In this document: positions 1-11,960 of the stretch, in pieces
Position numbering within the stretch: the first letter of the stretch is position 1
Layout: the number at the start of each line of letters is the position of its first letter
From: Camelus dromedarius
Taxonomy: Eukaryota
Reading direction: 5' to 3'
Length of the DNA: 64,000 nucleotides
Assembly (NCBI RefSeq): GCF_036321535.1
Contig: NC_087437.1
Location: 37,326,001 to 37,390,000 of the forward strand
Program-made: the position numbers and the translations under genes
Notes under the pieces: model-generated
Database searches by the model: none
What the model was told of the DNA's origin: nothing
Seen by the model: only the letters and a program-made list of their open reading frames with translations

Positions 1-553
1 CTGTTCATTATGTATGTTGGAAATAAGCTGACCTCACTGCCCTCAGTATACCTGTGATAGGGAAGGTAAAGTTAACCCATTGGGGAAGAAAAGAAAACAT
101 TCACTTTCATGGTCTATAGAGCTTAAATTAGCTAATATTGATCCCTTGGGAGGGGAAGAGTGGAACAAATGAAAAGAATAGAAAAGAAGAGGAAAGAGGA
201 GTGGAAGGAGCCATAGTTCTATTAGAAAATGGCATTTTTGGTTAATATGTATATTTTCCTCCATTGGGTATTAAAAATTCTTGATGATTTGGCTATCTCA
301 TCATTTTTGGAGTAACTCTTTGCTATGAAAATAATGGAAATTGGAAATAAATATTGTGTATTTTCATTTTTCCTGTTAAGTTAAAAGATAATTCTGTTTC
401 TCAATAATGAGTCACACATCTAAAATGATAAAAAAAAAGAACGCATCTTGCATCCTAACAAATTAGACTAGTTTTTTAAAATAGAGGAATTCTATAATTC
501 AACCCACAAAGGTACAGTTCCAAGAAGATGATAACGCTGGCACAGTTCTGAAC

Positions 554-585
554 CTGCCAAATTTTGAAATCTGCCAAATTTTGAA
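554..585. repeat. Short tandem duplication (17-bp period)
   Basis: ctgccaaattttgaa at 554-568 and again at 571-585. Confidence 0.85.
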
Positions 586-901
586 GTGATGATAAGGAAA
601 AATGAGTAAGAATATCATCAATGAAATGAGCTGATAGGCAATCTCCATGACCACAGAATATGGGTAGATGTTACCAAAACACCAGCATCTGTAGGACTAA
701 CTCAACATCAGCAGGTCAGTGGCAAGTATAATGACAAAAAAAAAGAGAGATTACTGACAAGTTTAATGAAAGAAAGATTTCAGTATTATCATCTGCAATA
801 AAGAAGACTCAATCCTGAGTAGGTGAACTTGTTCAGTTAAACTTAGAATGGTAGATAAAGCTAAGAAAAATGCCTCCATACTCTGATTTGAAAGTTAATG
901 T

Positions 902-904
<3 letters not shown>

Positions 905-932
<28 letters not shown>
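905..932. repeat. (AC)14 microsatellite
   Basis: Perfect AC run read directly. Confidence 0.97.
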
Positions 933-935
<3 letters not shown>

Positions 936-1167
936 TGCTAGTACTAAGTGGCCATGAATTGATAAAAACAGTGCTGAGGTTGCCTAAACTTTTGAGAATC
1001 TCAGAGATATTCAACAAATATTTCTTCCCAGAAAGAGGGAAAGCTCCTGGGAGAATGAGCCACAGCTCAGCATGGCAAGATCACTAAGGATAAGGAAGAG
1101 AAAGTTCAGATAGCAGAGAACAGAAAAAGACTCAAAAGAAGTGGATTACAGAACATACTATGATAGA

Positions 1168-1301
1168 TGGATGCAAAACCAGCCCTGGATACAGAGGGCC
1201 AACAGCACTACAACATTTTATAAAGGGAACTTGAGCAGCCACAGATTTTGGTATCCATGGAGCCTCAGAACCAGTCCCCTGAGGATACTGGGAAATGACT
1301 G
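1168..1301 (-). mobile_element. Tigger-family (MER2-like) DNA transposon remnant
   Basis: cattttataaagggaacttgagcagccacagattttggtatcc...gaaccagtcccctgaggatactgggaaatgactg is the reverse complement of the MER2-type 5' terminus; homologous to 1849-1945. Confidence 0.75.
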
Positions 1302-1339
1302 TCCATACTCCTTTGAAAAAGTTTGGGGAAATAGCATAC

Positions 1340-1670
1340 TGGGGAAATAGAAAAACTGTGCAAACTTTTCAGAGGGAAATGTGGCACATCTAGCAATTAC
1401 CAATTCACTAAGTCTTTGATATTCTTTTAGGCACCTAAACATACATTGGAAAATATATGAACTGACATAAGACTTACTTTGTGGCATTATTTATAACAAA
1501 TATTAGAAAAAATTTAAAAATGCAGCAGGATATTGACTGGATTAACAGTGGCACATTCATAAATGAAGTATTATATACACAGAGAATGAAATAGAAAATA
1601 CATCTATATAATGATATGGAGTGATTTACAAAATACATTGTCCAGTGAAAAAAGCAACTTTGGATTATCT
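1340..1670 (+). mobile_element. Old L1M (L1ME/MC-like) 3' region fragment
   Basis: Degenerate L1 3' motifs, e.g. gtggcacattcataaatgaagtattat and tttacaaaatacattgtccagtgaaaaaagcaa. Confidence 0.5.
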
Positions 1671-1848
1671 CCTTACTTATAGACAGACAGGTAGGGTACA
1701 TAGGGAGATGGATAGATAGATAAATGAGAGCTGAAGCTGCTTTTTGAGCATTGCAGGATCACTAGAGATAAGAAAGTTGAAGAAATAGATATGCTTTCTA
1801 TTTACTTTGTGTTTATGTATGTTATATTACACAGAGATAGAGTATATA

Positions 1849-2155
1849 CAGTCTTCCCTTGGCATCCACAGGGCATTGGTTCCAGGACTCCTGCTGATAC
1901 CAAATCTGCAGATGGCCCACACAAAATGGTGCAGTATTTCCATATAACCCACTCACATTCTCTAGTGTACCTTAAATCATCTCTAGATTACTTATAATAT
2001 CTAATACAAAGTCAAGGTGATGTAAATAGTTAAGAGCACACAGTAAATTCAAATTTTGGTTTTTGGAACTTTCAGGAAGATTTTTTTCAAATATTTTTGA
2101 TATGCAGTTGGTTGACTCTGAGCATGCAGAACCCGTGGATATCGAGGGTGGACTG
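1849..2155 (+). mobile_element. MER2-like Tigger MITE, near full length
   Basis: Starts TA|cagtcttcccttggcatcc...ttggttccaggac, has internal ttaaatcatctctagattacttataata, ends ggatatcgagggtggactg; terminal inverted repeats visible. Confidence 0.88.
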
Positions 2156-2229
2156 CACAGGTGTGTGTATACTTTTGTATCTAAAATTACTTTAATATAA
2201 AAACTATAAAAAGAAATATATTAAAATAA

Positions 2230-2375
2230 CATTAAATTTCAAGATAATTTGGGGATTATAGAACAGTTACAAAATTAGTACAGAGTTTCTCTATCATCCA
2301 ATTTTTCCCAATTAACATCTTACATAATAATAGGCTACTTATCAAAAGCAAGAATTTAACACTGGTATAATGCAC
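2230..2375 (-). mobile_element. Old L1M 3' end fragment
   Basis: ttatagaacagttacaaaattagtacagagtttc...taacatcttacataa...atcaaaagcaagaatttaacactggta resembles an antisense L1MC/MD 3' end. Confidence 0.55.
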
Positions 2376-3818
2376 ATATGATTTTTAAAAATAATTTTAA
2401 GAAACATTGGAATAATAAACAATGCTAATAAAATGGTTAAGAGTTGGATGGAACAATAAAAGGAAGGGAGGAAGGGAGGGAAAGAGACCTTGAAATAGGA
2501 AAGTGGGTGGAGTTTCAGGTCCATAATTCATTCCCAGATGCTTTAACAAATCATTCCAGTGCACTATATTTGTGATATTATGAAAATGTCTACAGATTTA
2601 TAAATTTAAGAATATAGTTCTCAATAGTTTAGTTTCTAGAACAGTTTTAGATTCATAAGAATATATGTTTTAATTTTATAAAAGTCTATTGTATGGAAAT
2701 ATTTTACCTAATAAGATAATTCAGTTCTCTAAAGTAGATAATTTATGTTTATTACTTTTGTTTCATTATAAATTTTAGTATAATAAATATCCTAAAACAG
2801 TTTTGTGATCTTCTCTGATTATTTTCTTTAAAATGAATGTGTATATGTGGTATGACATGAGTCAAAAGCGATGATATGAAGTTACTTTGTTTTACTTTTC
2901 TTGCCAAATATTCTTCCATTAATTTGCACAAATCTATGGTTATACTTAAATTATGTTCTTTTGTCCACTATTTCATGCTGAACATGGATACACTGAACAT
3001 GCTTTGTATATTTATTGGTAATTAGTATTTATTTTCGGTAAACTGATTATTTTATCTTTTGGGGGTCTTGGCAGATCCATTTTAACTGTGGAGCTCATGT
3101 TTAGCTTTTATAATTACAAGTTCATAGCAAATAATTATATTTTGACCGCTATGCTATTCATTAATTGTATGCCACTGACCATCATTTTGGAAATCTCTCA
3201 TACAGATGCTGAACACAGAGGCAGCAGATTAATTTTCCTTTTTCATACTGATCATCACTTACTGCATAGGATTACTTTTAATACAGATGATGAAACTTTT
3301 AATGTAATGATTCTACTTTAAATTAAAATTTATTTTTAAATATAAAAAAATTCCCATCTTAGGAGAATGAAAATTAGGCATACTTCTACAGTAATTCATA
3401 CGCACTGAAGAGACTGGGGGAATTCTTGCTTTTTGACTTCATTAGGGACTCTGATAAAACATGTAGAAACTAGAAATGGTATGTTTCTAAACTTCATGCT
3501 CTTACACCTCTGCCAAGGGGAGGGGATTTCTGTGTGTGTATTTTTAAATTTTTTTAAAGATACGCATTTATTCAGACTTTTTATTCTCAAAGAGGTTCAA
3601 GACCTTTCTTGAAACAATGATTTTTTCCTTGTGACTAGATCATTGAAAAAGAGATATTTACATTTTCAAAAGGCTTAAAAGCTTTTGGATATCAGCCATT
3701 TTATCTAAAATTAATTTAGCACTGATAATTCCTTACAGTGTTATTTCTAGGAAAATTTCTTATAAAGTTGTAATTATTTAAGGAGAAAGAAAAGAAGGAA
3801 AGAAGGAAGGGAGAAAAA

Positions 3819-3853
3819 AGTTCTTGACTTTTTTTTTTTTAGCTCTTGACTTT
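3819..3853 (-). mobile_element. Poly(A)-only retrotransposition footprint with 13-bp TSD
   Basis: agttcttgacttt (3819-3831) and agctcttgacttt (3841-3853) flank a T run (3829-3840); the minus-strand target reads TT/AAAG. Confidence 0.6.
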
Positions 3854-4138
3854 AAAGAGTGTCCTAACCAACTGTTTATGTGCAGTGGGAGAGGGGGTCA
3901 GTGATTTCATACCAAATCACTGAAAGCCCCTGGGCATCATATTTGTAATTTTTATATGAAATAAAGGCTATATAACTCACAAAAATAAACTACACTAAAA
4001 TATAAGGCATAATATGCAATAATTCCATATGGCATGTATCTTGGAATAAAGGTCAGAGGTCAGTTTAAATAAACATAAATATAAAAAATACATATAATTT
4101 TCACATACACATTTTCTTTCTTCACATATGACACCTAC

Positions 4139-4185
<47 letters not shown>
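4139..4185. repeat. (ATCT)n / (GATA)n tetranucleotide microsatellite
   Basis: About 11 perfect ATCT units read directly. Confidence 0.96.
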
Positions 4186-5596
4186 ATCTAACAGAGAGAA
4201 ACAGGAAGAGATACTAGGCCAGTGCTGAGTAAAAATAAGGACTTAACAAATAGCTACAGAGTGATCCTGTGTGTTGAGAACCAGATTCTGTTAGTTGAAT
4301 GAAGAAGAGGCTTTCCTTGTACCTACTGAAAATGGCTGAGTTTGCATTATTTTCTAAGACAGTAGAATAGGCAATGAGAAAAATAAGTATAGCAAAGGAT
4401 GATAACCAGAATTAAATAATGAAGTCCTCAAAACTAAAAAGCTATATATTCTTAATGTGAAAAGGATCAGAAATAGCACTATCGATTATAAAAATATTAT
4501 ATAATTGTGAGTTCCTGCTTATGAAATATGAAGGTATATTCTTGTCTCTAAACATCCTTTGGTTATGTCCACACAGATAAATATTTATATTAATAAGAAA
4601 ATAACTACCAAAATATGGGGACCAAGTAGGATGAGAGGAGTCATGTTATAAATATACTTCAAATATTTACTGGGAATATGGTTTCTCCTATTTAGTAAAA
4701 AGTTTTTTGGTTGTGACATAAGCCTGAATGACAAATCTTATAACTTGAAAAAACTATTAAAAGGCAAATTTAATGTCATCTACGAAAATATTTGTGACTC
4801 TACAGGAAGAAAAGGACACTGGTATAGCCAATAAACATTTTCTGCCTTGGAAAAATAAGTAAGCATTATGAGGATTTTGAGGAATCAGACACCAGGACAG
4901 AAATGAAGTCCCAGTTTGGACAATTAATCAGAACAAACAAAAAATTTGATGCCTGAAGTGATACAAGAAGAGACATCGGCATACCATTACTGCTAAGAAA
5001 CCCCAAAGCAGCTTTATCACAAGAATTATCCAGCAGAATTCTAATTTCAAGACATATTTCAAAGAGCATTCTATTTAGATCTGGAAGAGAACAAATGCTT
5101 GATTACATTAAATAGTGCCAAGAATTAGTTTAATGATTCCAGTTAACTTGGTTAAACTTGAACAGTACTTTCCTTTTATGTTAAATTGCACTATGAGATT
5201 GACTTTAAATTCCATTTGATGCACAAATTGAAAATTATTTATTTAATATAGGAGTGGTATATTTCTCCTGTGTTTTCAGTGAGTACCTTTGCTTTTGATT
5301 TAAAAAAAAACAACTGTCATCAATTTTTCATGTGCCATTGTTGTTTTTAAAACTTATTCACATCTTCCAAGAAATCCCACAATAACATGGTCATTTGATA
5401 AATCATGGACATTGGTAAATCCTGGAAATTAGAGTACATGATCTAAGAGAAATAAATCAATGAGGAAAATTCTCTCACACACATAAAAACCATCTGGTTT
5501 ATCGATCCTCTCTCTGAACAAGAAAGGTAGATTAATTCCTACAAAGATGTGCCTTCTCTTCCAAGGCTCCACAGCACACTAGCCTGTGGACTAGTT

Positions 5597-5767
5597 AGTG
5601 TTATCCAATAGGCTCCTCTACTTTAATGGAAATGTTCTACACCTACACTTCCTGGTACAGTAGTCACTAGCCACATGGGGCCACTGAGCATTAGAAATGC
5701 AGCTAGTGGGACTGATAAATTAATTTTTAACTGTATTTCATTTTAATAAATTTAAATTGAAATAGCC
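5597..5767 (+). mobile_element. MER3 (hAT-Charlie MITE), 3' truncated by an LTR
   Basis: tccaatagg...atggaaatgttctac...gtagtcactagccacatgggg...gagcattagaaatgcagctagt...aaatttaaattgaaatagcc matches the MER3 pattern. Confidence 0.85.
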
Positions 5768-6240
5768 TGCCTTAGGGTAGCCTGGAAAGCAAAGCCTGAA
5801 ACAGTGACTTATATGAGGTTAATCTATTTGGGAATATAACACCAGGGAGCAGGAGTGAAGGCCCGGGGATGAAACAAAAAAGAAGGAAAAGTTGGTATAA
5901 TGATGCATTATCAAATTGGCCTCTGTAGCAATGGATGCTCAGTTTTTTAGGACTTCTGAGGAGTTTTATGAAATTCATTTCAAAACTGTCCACATAGAGG
6001 ATTCAAGGGAGAAGTATTTATTCCTTAGCTCCCACTTCCTATTGATTCAGAACCTCAAAGGCATTAACTTCTCCACACTTTGGGGTTACATATGCATGAA
6101 GACTAACAGGGCTTACCAGAGACATCCTTCACAGGGGCTTTAAAGAAAACTCATAATAAGAAGGAAGGTGATGGCTATGGGCCCCTGATGAGGGATTTGT
6201 GTGAAGTGGGTGGAAATCTTTGTGACCATGGTCACCACAG
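5768..6240 (-). mobile_element. ERVL LTR (LTR33-like)
   Basis: gcaaagcctgaaacagtgactt...tatttgggaa...ccagggagcaggagtgaagg...tatttattccttagctcccacttcctattg...ttaacttctccacactttgggg resembles LTR33. Confidence 0.65.
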
Positions 6241-6329
6241 TGCTGTAGAGATAGCAGTCAGGGAGCTAGTTGAAACATTTCCTGGGCAGTATCAACTTCT
6301 TAAATAGGTGAATGGACATATATAGTCTG

Positions 6330-7040
6330 TGATCTTGTAGAACTTATAACTGATTGGAGTAGATAAGAAAATGAAAAATAAGCAAATAAAAAGATAATTA
6401 GAAATTATGATTGTGGGGCCAACTGGCATCCTTCAAAGTCCAACGAACACCCCTCCACCCCATTCCTGCGCTTTCAGATGTCTGCCTGCACTCCCTCTAA
6501 AGATAAAGTACATTTCTTTCCTGACGTGTGTTTGCCCCAGCACAACTAATAATGCCTACTCTCACAATAATTTAGGCTGGCTTGTTTCAGTCCATATCTC
6601 TGCATTATCAGAGTCATAAATCCCACTGCCCCTGACTTTCTTACCTCACGTACAGCCAGTCAAAAACTTGTGCGCTAGCTGATCACACAGCCCCCAGGGT
6701 TCACCAACCCCTTTCCACATAAAAGACTCTAAGCCTTCACCATGAGCGACACACGCAGCTCTCGTCTGTGTGGCCTGCTACTATCTGTGGCAGCATACCC
6801 CTAATACACTTTTCCTTCACTTTGCTTTGTCTCTGGTAAAATATTTTACCACCCATGGACTGGCCCTTTGGACCCACAACACTGATGAGTGCTGGCGAAA
6901 GAATAAACAAAGTATACAGATAGAGAGTACTAGGAAGAAAATTTGATAAAATGATCAAAGAAAGTCTCTCTGAAGAAGATACTATCAAAGCTACAACACA
7001 GATGATGAAGAAGAGGCCAGGGAAAAAATATTGTCCAAGA
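6330..7040 (-). mobile_element. L2 fragment interrupted by a solo LTR
   Basis: cttgtagaacttataact... before the LTR and aatgatcaaagaaagtctctctgaagaagat...gatgaagaagaggccag after it resemble antisense L2. Confidence 0.55.
6412..6881 (+). mobile_element. Solo ERVL-class LTR (MER74/MER73-like)
   Basis: TG...CA termini; TATA-like cataaaa; U5-like ctctggtaaaatattttaccaccc...cacaaca; 5-bp TSD atgat/ctgat. Confidence 0.65.
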
Positions 7041-7959
7041 GATCAAGAAAAATATAATGGAAATCATGTTTCTAAAAAGCTCCCTAGGGAGTTGTAAAAG
7101 GAAACCCCAATCCACTCAACAAACAGATGGTGAGTCATTATAGCCACCCTATCGATTCAACCAATAGTGTTGCCAAGAAGAATGATCCTTGGTGGATTTA
7201 TACAGTTGTTAAGTCAATATTCTGCTTTTCAATGGTAGGTAATAACAGAAAGTTCCCTTTTTTAATGAAAACATATAAACCCATTACTGAAAAATAAAAA
7301 TAGTGGAAGCCATAAATTTTGCTTTCAACATTGGCGGCAGGAAGCATCTTTAAAACGGTAAATTGTTCACTGGGAAAACAACAAAAAATCATGACAGCTG
7401 CAAAGCGGAAAAAGGCATTCTAAAGAAAAACAGTTAATTCACCTGCATTTAACAGAGAAGCAAAACTGGGGGGTCTCTTCTGATCACTGATGTATGAAAA
7501 TTTGACAGTTTTCAAAATAGAATCTGACAGCAGTGGAATAACATTACTGAGTTTTGATAGCTAAATTAACCTGATTCTCCTTGGGAGTGTAGATTACCTT
7601 TATTTTCTTATATCTCAGTATGAAAGATTTAATGCACTTACTTGGGGAAATTAAATTTAAGGTAGGAAACAGAATGTTTGAGCCAAGCTGATTAAGCACC
7701 ACTTGCCAAATAGCAAATCATAGATGTCAACTTCAACTTTCAAAACTATGTTTTATGGGATCCCATTTCTTCTTATCCAGCCCCCTTCCCCTGGAACATT
7801 TTATTTTGCAGGAAGAATTGTCTTCAAGTGTTTGCATAAAATTACGATATTATCAAATTTAAATTTAAACAAATGTTTTGTTCCAACTTTAATTTGCTCT
7901 TATTTTTATCCTATAGTGATCACTTTTTAAGAAACACAATTACTATGGGAAAATGTCCA

Positions 7960-8070
7960 TATTTATTTATATAATCCCCACAACTCCACAGAGTAGAAAC
8001 CGTTCTTAACCTAGTTTTACAGAAGAGAAAAATGAGGCACGAAGATATTATGTAACTTCTCTAACTTGTT
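7960..8070 (-). mobile_element. MIR SINE fragment
   Basis: aatccccacaactcc...gttttacagaagagaaaaatgaggcacgaagatattatgtaacttctctaa is the antisense MIR core. Confidence 0.7.
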
Positions 8071-8462
8071 CTCCCTTATCCTTAGAAACTTTAATAGTGT
8101 CTGACACAAAACACGAGCTTAAAAATTGTTGTTGACAGGATCTTGTTGACTAATCAACTCACTTTTGTATACATCATTCTGTAAATGCTAAAGAAAAACA
8201 TGCTTTTAGTTCGTTCCTACACTACACTTAAAACAAAGCCTATTTCCTTGCTAGTCTCTCCATCTCATATTTTGGTCACAGTCTGGATAAACACTCATTT
8301 CTTCCAGGCAAAAACCTAAGAGTCATCCTTCAGTATTTTCCACTTCTCATGCCCTACATCTAATCCATCACATGTTCAGTAGTTTCTTCTTTTAAAATAT
8401 ATTTAAAAATCTGTTCCTTTCTCTCCGTCTCTATTGCTACCATGGTCCAAGCCAACATCTTT

Positions 8463-8829
8463 AATATTTTTTCCCCTCCTTTTTCAGTTTTATTAGGTAG
8501 AATTATTACAGTTCAACTGCACATACACATTATATTGCACTTAAACACAGTATACTGCACTTTGTTTAGTTTACATATATGTACTACTTATTGTTTCTAA
8601 GAATAGATTAGATCTTTAGCTTTTTAAACTTACATAGTTATCAAAGAAATAAAGCCAACTGCAAAATAAGAATCAACAGAATGCAGTAATCCAATCATAA
8701 AGGACAGTCAAATGTGCTTACACATATTCAAGAAATCAATCATTTTAGTTATAAATAGTAAGTAGTTCATTTGTGTCATTATTATTGTTATTTTTTAGAT
8801 TCTCATATAAATGATGTCATATGGCATTT
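8463..8829 (-). mobile_element. Chimeric retro-insertion: L1 3'UTR fragment fused to an mRNA-like 3'UTR with poly(A)
   Basis: TSD caacatcttt at 8453-8462 and 8830-8839; minus-strand TT/AAAA target; L1-like 8751-8829; AATAAA (minus) at 8489-8494 with an A-tract about 20 nt downstream. Confidence 0.7.
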
Positions 8830-8878
8830 CAACATCTTTTAATTTTAATCTTTAAAGGCAGCAATAGTCTCTTGGTCT

Positions 8879-9240
8879 CGTTACTGAACGAGGTTCCTTT
8901 GCATGACCTGCAGCACTCCGAACTCTGAGAACTCCAAGGTTTGCAGAAGAAAAAAGGTTTAATCACAAGGCAGCCAAATAAGATGGGAGACTAAATCTCA
9001 CCACCTCCTTGAAGGTGAGGGGTATGGTTATATTTAAGGGTGAATAGTATAGGGTGGTCAGAGGTGCAAGGGAAATTGCTCTGAGGCAGGAAAAAGGTGA
9101 GGTAATTGTTGCTCTGTGCAGGTGTATCTGAGTTATATGCTTCCTCATGGATGCATTAGCAGAATCTGAGGGTGGCGGGGTTTTTTTGACCCTTTGATGT
9201 CAAAAGGTCACTTAGGGAATAAACAAGCCTATTCTATGCA
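8879..9240 (-). mobile_element. ERV solo LTR (probably ERV1 class)
   Basis: Begins cgttactgaac (decayed tgttac); minus-strand poly(A)-like ATTAAA (ggtttaatc) and TATA-like tatttaagg at LTR-like spacing; nested in L2; right boundary uncertain. Confidence 0.6.
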
Positions 9241-9599
9241 GACTCTGACTGCCAATACAATACAATTTGCAAATGTTCCCCCCTGGGGCTATTCCCTATT
9301 CCCTTCCACTGTTTTATTTCTCTCTAAATCTTATTTCTCATCTCTCACTTTACTAAATATTGTTCTTATTTATTGTTATTTATTATTTGCTTTCTCTCAC
9401 ATAAGATGTAAACTTCATAGAGAGTATTCCCCAGGGCCTAGAACATGATAGGTACTCAATAAACACATATTAAATAATTGGAAGGATTGATCAATCAATC
9501 AATCAGTAAGGAATGGCCTAACAGATACTGCCTTATTTTGTACCCTTTCTCCCTCTCCAACCTAATCTGGTGCTACTCTCTTTTTATTTGCTATAGTTA

Positions 9600-9945
9600 C
9601 TCATGTGTTCACTCTGCCTGGTAGTTCCTTACATGGCTGGTTATTTTCCAACTCTTCAGCACTGAATTCTCTGAGGTCACTACCTCAGAGAAATCTTTCT
9701 CTACCATCCCATTTAAAGTACCTTTTACTCAGCATCACTAATAATCCCTAACCAACATTCAGTCTTTCATAATATATTATAATCTATAGTTTTTTAAAAA
9801 TCCGTTTCTGTACTTAATTTTTATCTCATTCTCTCCCTAATAAAATATGTACTCCTTAAGGGCATAAACTATCATGTCTATCATTTTACCTTCAGTGACT
9901 CACCTAGTGCCTGGAATATAATCGGAATAAAATTATTGGAGAGGA
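9600..9945 (+). mobile_element. L2 3' fragment
   Basis: ctctgcctgg...ggtcactacctcagagaaatctttctctacca...cacctagtgcctggaatataa. Confidence 0.65.
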
Positions 9946-11570
9946 AGAAAGGGGGCTTTCAAATTTAATGGTTATCTCTGTGTAATGAAATTATTGGAGG
10001 CACTTCTTTGATATTATTTATCTATGCTTATTTATATTTAACATCTACTTATTTACTAAAAGATTTGCACAGACACAATGGCATTGATTATAATTATTAT
10101 ATTCCTTACCTTTTGCTGAGTCTTCTTCACACTATGTGTATGTTTGGAAAGCAGGTTTCTAGGCAGGTAGATCCTAGTACACTAGGCTTGATTCACTCTC
10201 AAGCAGAAAGCAACCATAATAACATCTTGGAGAAACAGGCTCTTAGGAGACCTCATTCCTGGCAGCAGCCTTGTATCTTTTGTCTTTCTAGACTTCACCT
10301 GTTGATGACATTTAAAAAATATCGTATCATTATTTACTCCTTACTCATTTATGTCATTTGCAATTGTTTTCCCTAAACAGTTCCGGGCTCTGCAACGAAG
10401 CTGCAGCTTCTGATTTGCTGTAAGATTCCCAGGTCTATTTCACATTCCCGAGGGGTCTGGTGAAGTTCTGAGAGGAAGGCCCCTGCTCCACTTCCTCTTC
10501 TTCCTTCTTTTTCTCCTGGTCTTTATCTTTACTCCTTTTCATTCTAAGGTTTGCTATCTGTGGCCCTTCGGAGTTAGCAAAGAGATGACTCATTCACCAG
10601 TGTTCTAATATATGAAGTGACAACCTCCTTGCATAACCCAATTCATTTGCAAGAAAAAAACTCATTTTTCTGTACAGGCCTCATTTCTCTCTTCACTAAC
10701 CTCCTTTGTAATTCTCATCAGTATTTTCACTGTTCCTTGCAAGTGTTTATGATTCAATATAGATTCTTACTGTCTCACTCTTTCACTGGTTTTTATGAAA
10801 TCACATTGTTTAAGTATTATATCTAGTTTCCCTTCCATGCTCTGTTTTCTTCTTGTGTCTAGTCTTGTGTGCCTACTTATTTCTCAGACATATTCATTTG
10901 GAGAGTTTACTTTCACTTTGAATCACATATGACAGGAACATAATTCCTATTCAATTTCATTTCACTGCAAAAGTGTAAAAAGACAAAGTGGTAAAAGGAA
11001 GGTCTTGAGAGGTTTTACTCATTTTGATACTGTGTGAAAAGACAGACACTTCTGGGTACATATGTTAAAAATAAAAAATGATTCGTTTAATTTTTGATAT
11101 GATTATATTTAAGACATAAGAGGATTCATATTTTGTTCATTTTATATGCAAAGAAAAATTTCAGACAACTATTTTTGTGCTGCTTTTCAAAATAGAAAAT
11201 GTTCCAGTTACGCAGTTCTTTGCATACAAAGTGAACTAAGAATCCACCATCAACATGCAATCTGAATGAATGCGTTCAGAGAAATAATGATAGATATTTC
11301 CTGAGTATTGAAGTTACTAAAATAATTGAATTCTGTTCTATTAAATCTAACTAGCATTAATTGAACAGTAGGAGAGCAATTGAAATAGATACAAAATACC
11401 TGGATTCTAGTTCATTTGCTCATTCAAAGCATTTTGTTGTTATGGTTGATTTGCTTTGTTTATTTTAATTCCTAGTGTGTTCAGGCACAATGTTAGTTAA
11501 CAATGATTTAAACTGAGTAAGATACAACATTCTTAGGCGTTAGTTGTTACCCTTTGACACAAACATTTTA

Positions 11571-11677
11571 CAGTTGACCCTTGAACAACACAGGTTTGAA
11601 CTGCGCAGGTCTCTTTATATGTGGATTTTTTTCAAAAGGAGTTAATACTACACAACTACATGATCCTCAGTTGGCTG
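11571..11677 (+). mobile_element. Tigger2/MER8-type DNA transposon 5' end
   Basis: TA|cagttgacccttgaacaacacaggtttgaactgcgcaggtc...tatatgtggatttttttcaa matches the Tigger2-type terminus. Confidence 0.85.
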
Positions 11678-11679
11678 CA

Positions 11680-11960
11680 CTGGTTCCCCTTGACCCACAG
11701 GTCCAACAGAGGCTTGGCCCAGATGGATACCGCATCCTCCTTAGCTTTGTGTGACACCCAAGATTAGGAAATTCCCAGTCTTTTAAACAGTGTGCTAGCA
11801 AACCTGGGCAATCTTGCCTGGGGGAAGACATTATCTTTATCATCCTGGCCTGCAAATAAATTTACCCTCTGCCCTAGAGAGTGACATTATCACTGTTCTC
11901 CAAGGCATGTGTTGTACAAATGTACTTGTAAAAATAGTTCAGACTATAAACTGATTCAAT
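11680..11960. mobile_element. Old LTR fragment (ERVL-class, family uncertain)
   Basis: gacattatctttatcatcctgg...tttaccctctgccctagagagtgacattatc...ccaaggc resembles an old ERVL LTR. Confidence 0.5.

Larger units (their letters stand above)
8240..9500 (+). mobile_element. L2 element with two nested later insertions
   Basis: ccaggcaaaaacctaagagtcatcctt...catggtccaagcca resumes as gcaatagtctcttggtctc after the insertion; 3' end ataggtactcaataaacacatatt. Confidence 0.7.

Noticed and set aside
4806..5115. Possible + strand exon (tacag|GAAG...AA|gtaagc) and coding-looking downstream sequence
   Set aside because: The peptide EEKDTGIANKHFLPWKN is unrecognised, all frames downstream contain stops, and there are no partner exons.
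10490..10620. Long polypyrimidine tract ending in AG as a + strand splice acceptor
   Set aside because: No good donor downstream and no recognisable reading frame; may be low-complexity sequence.
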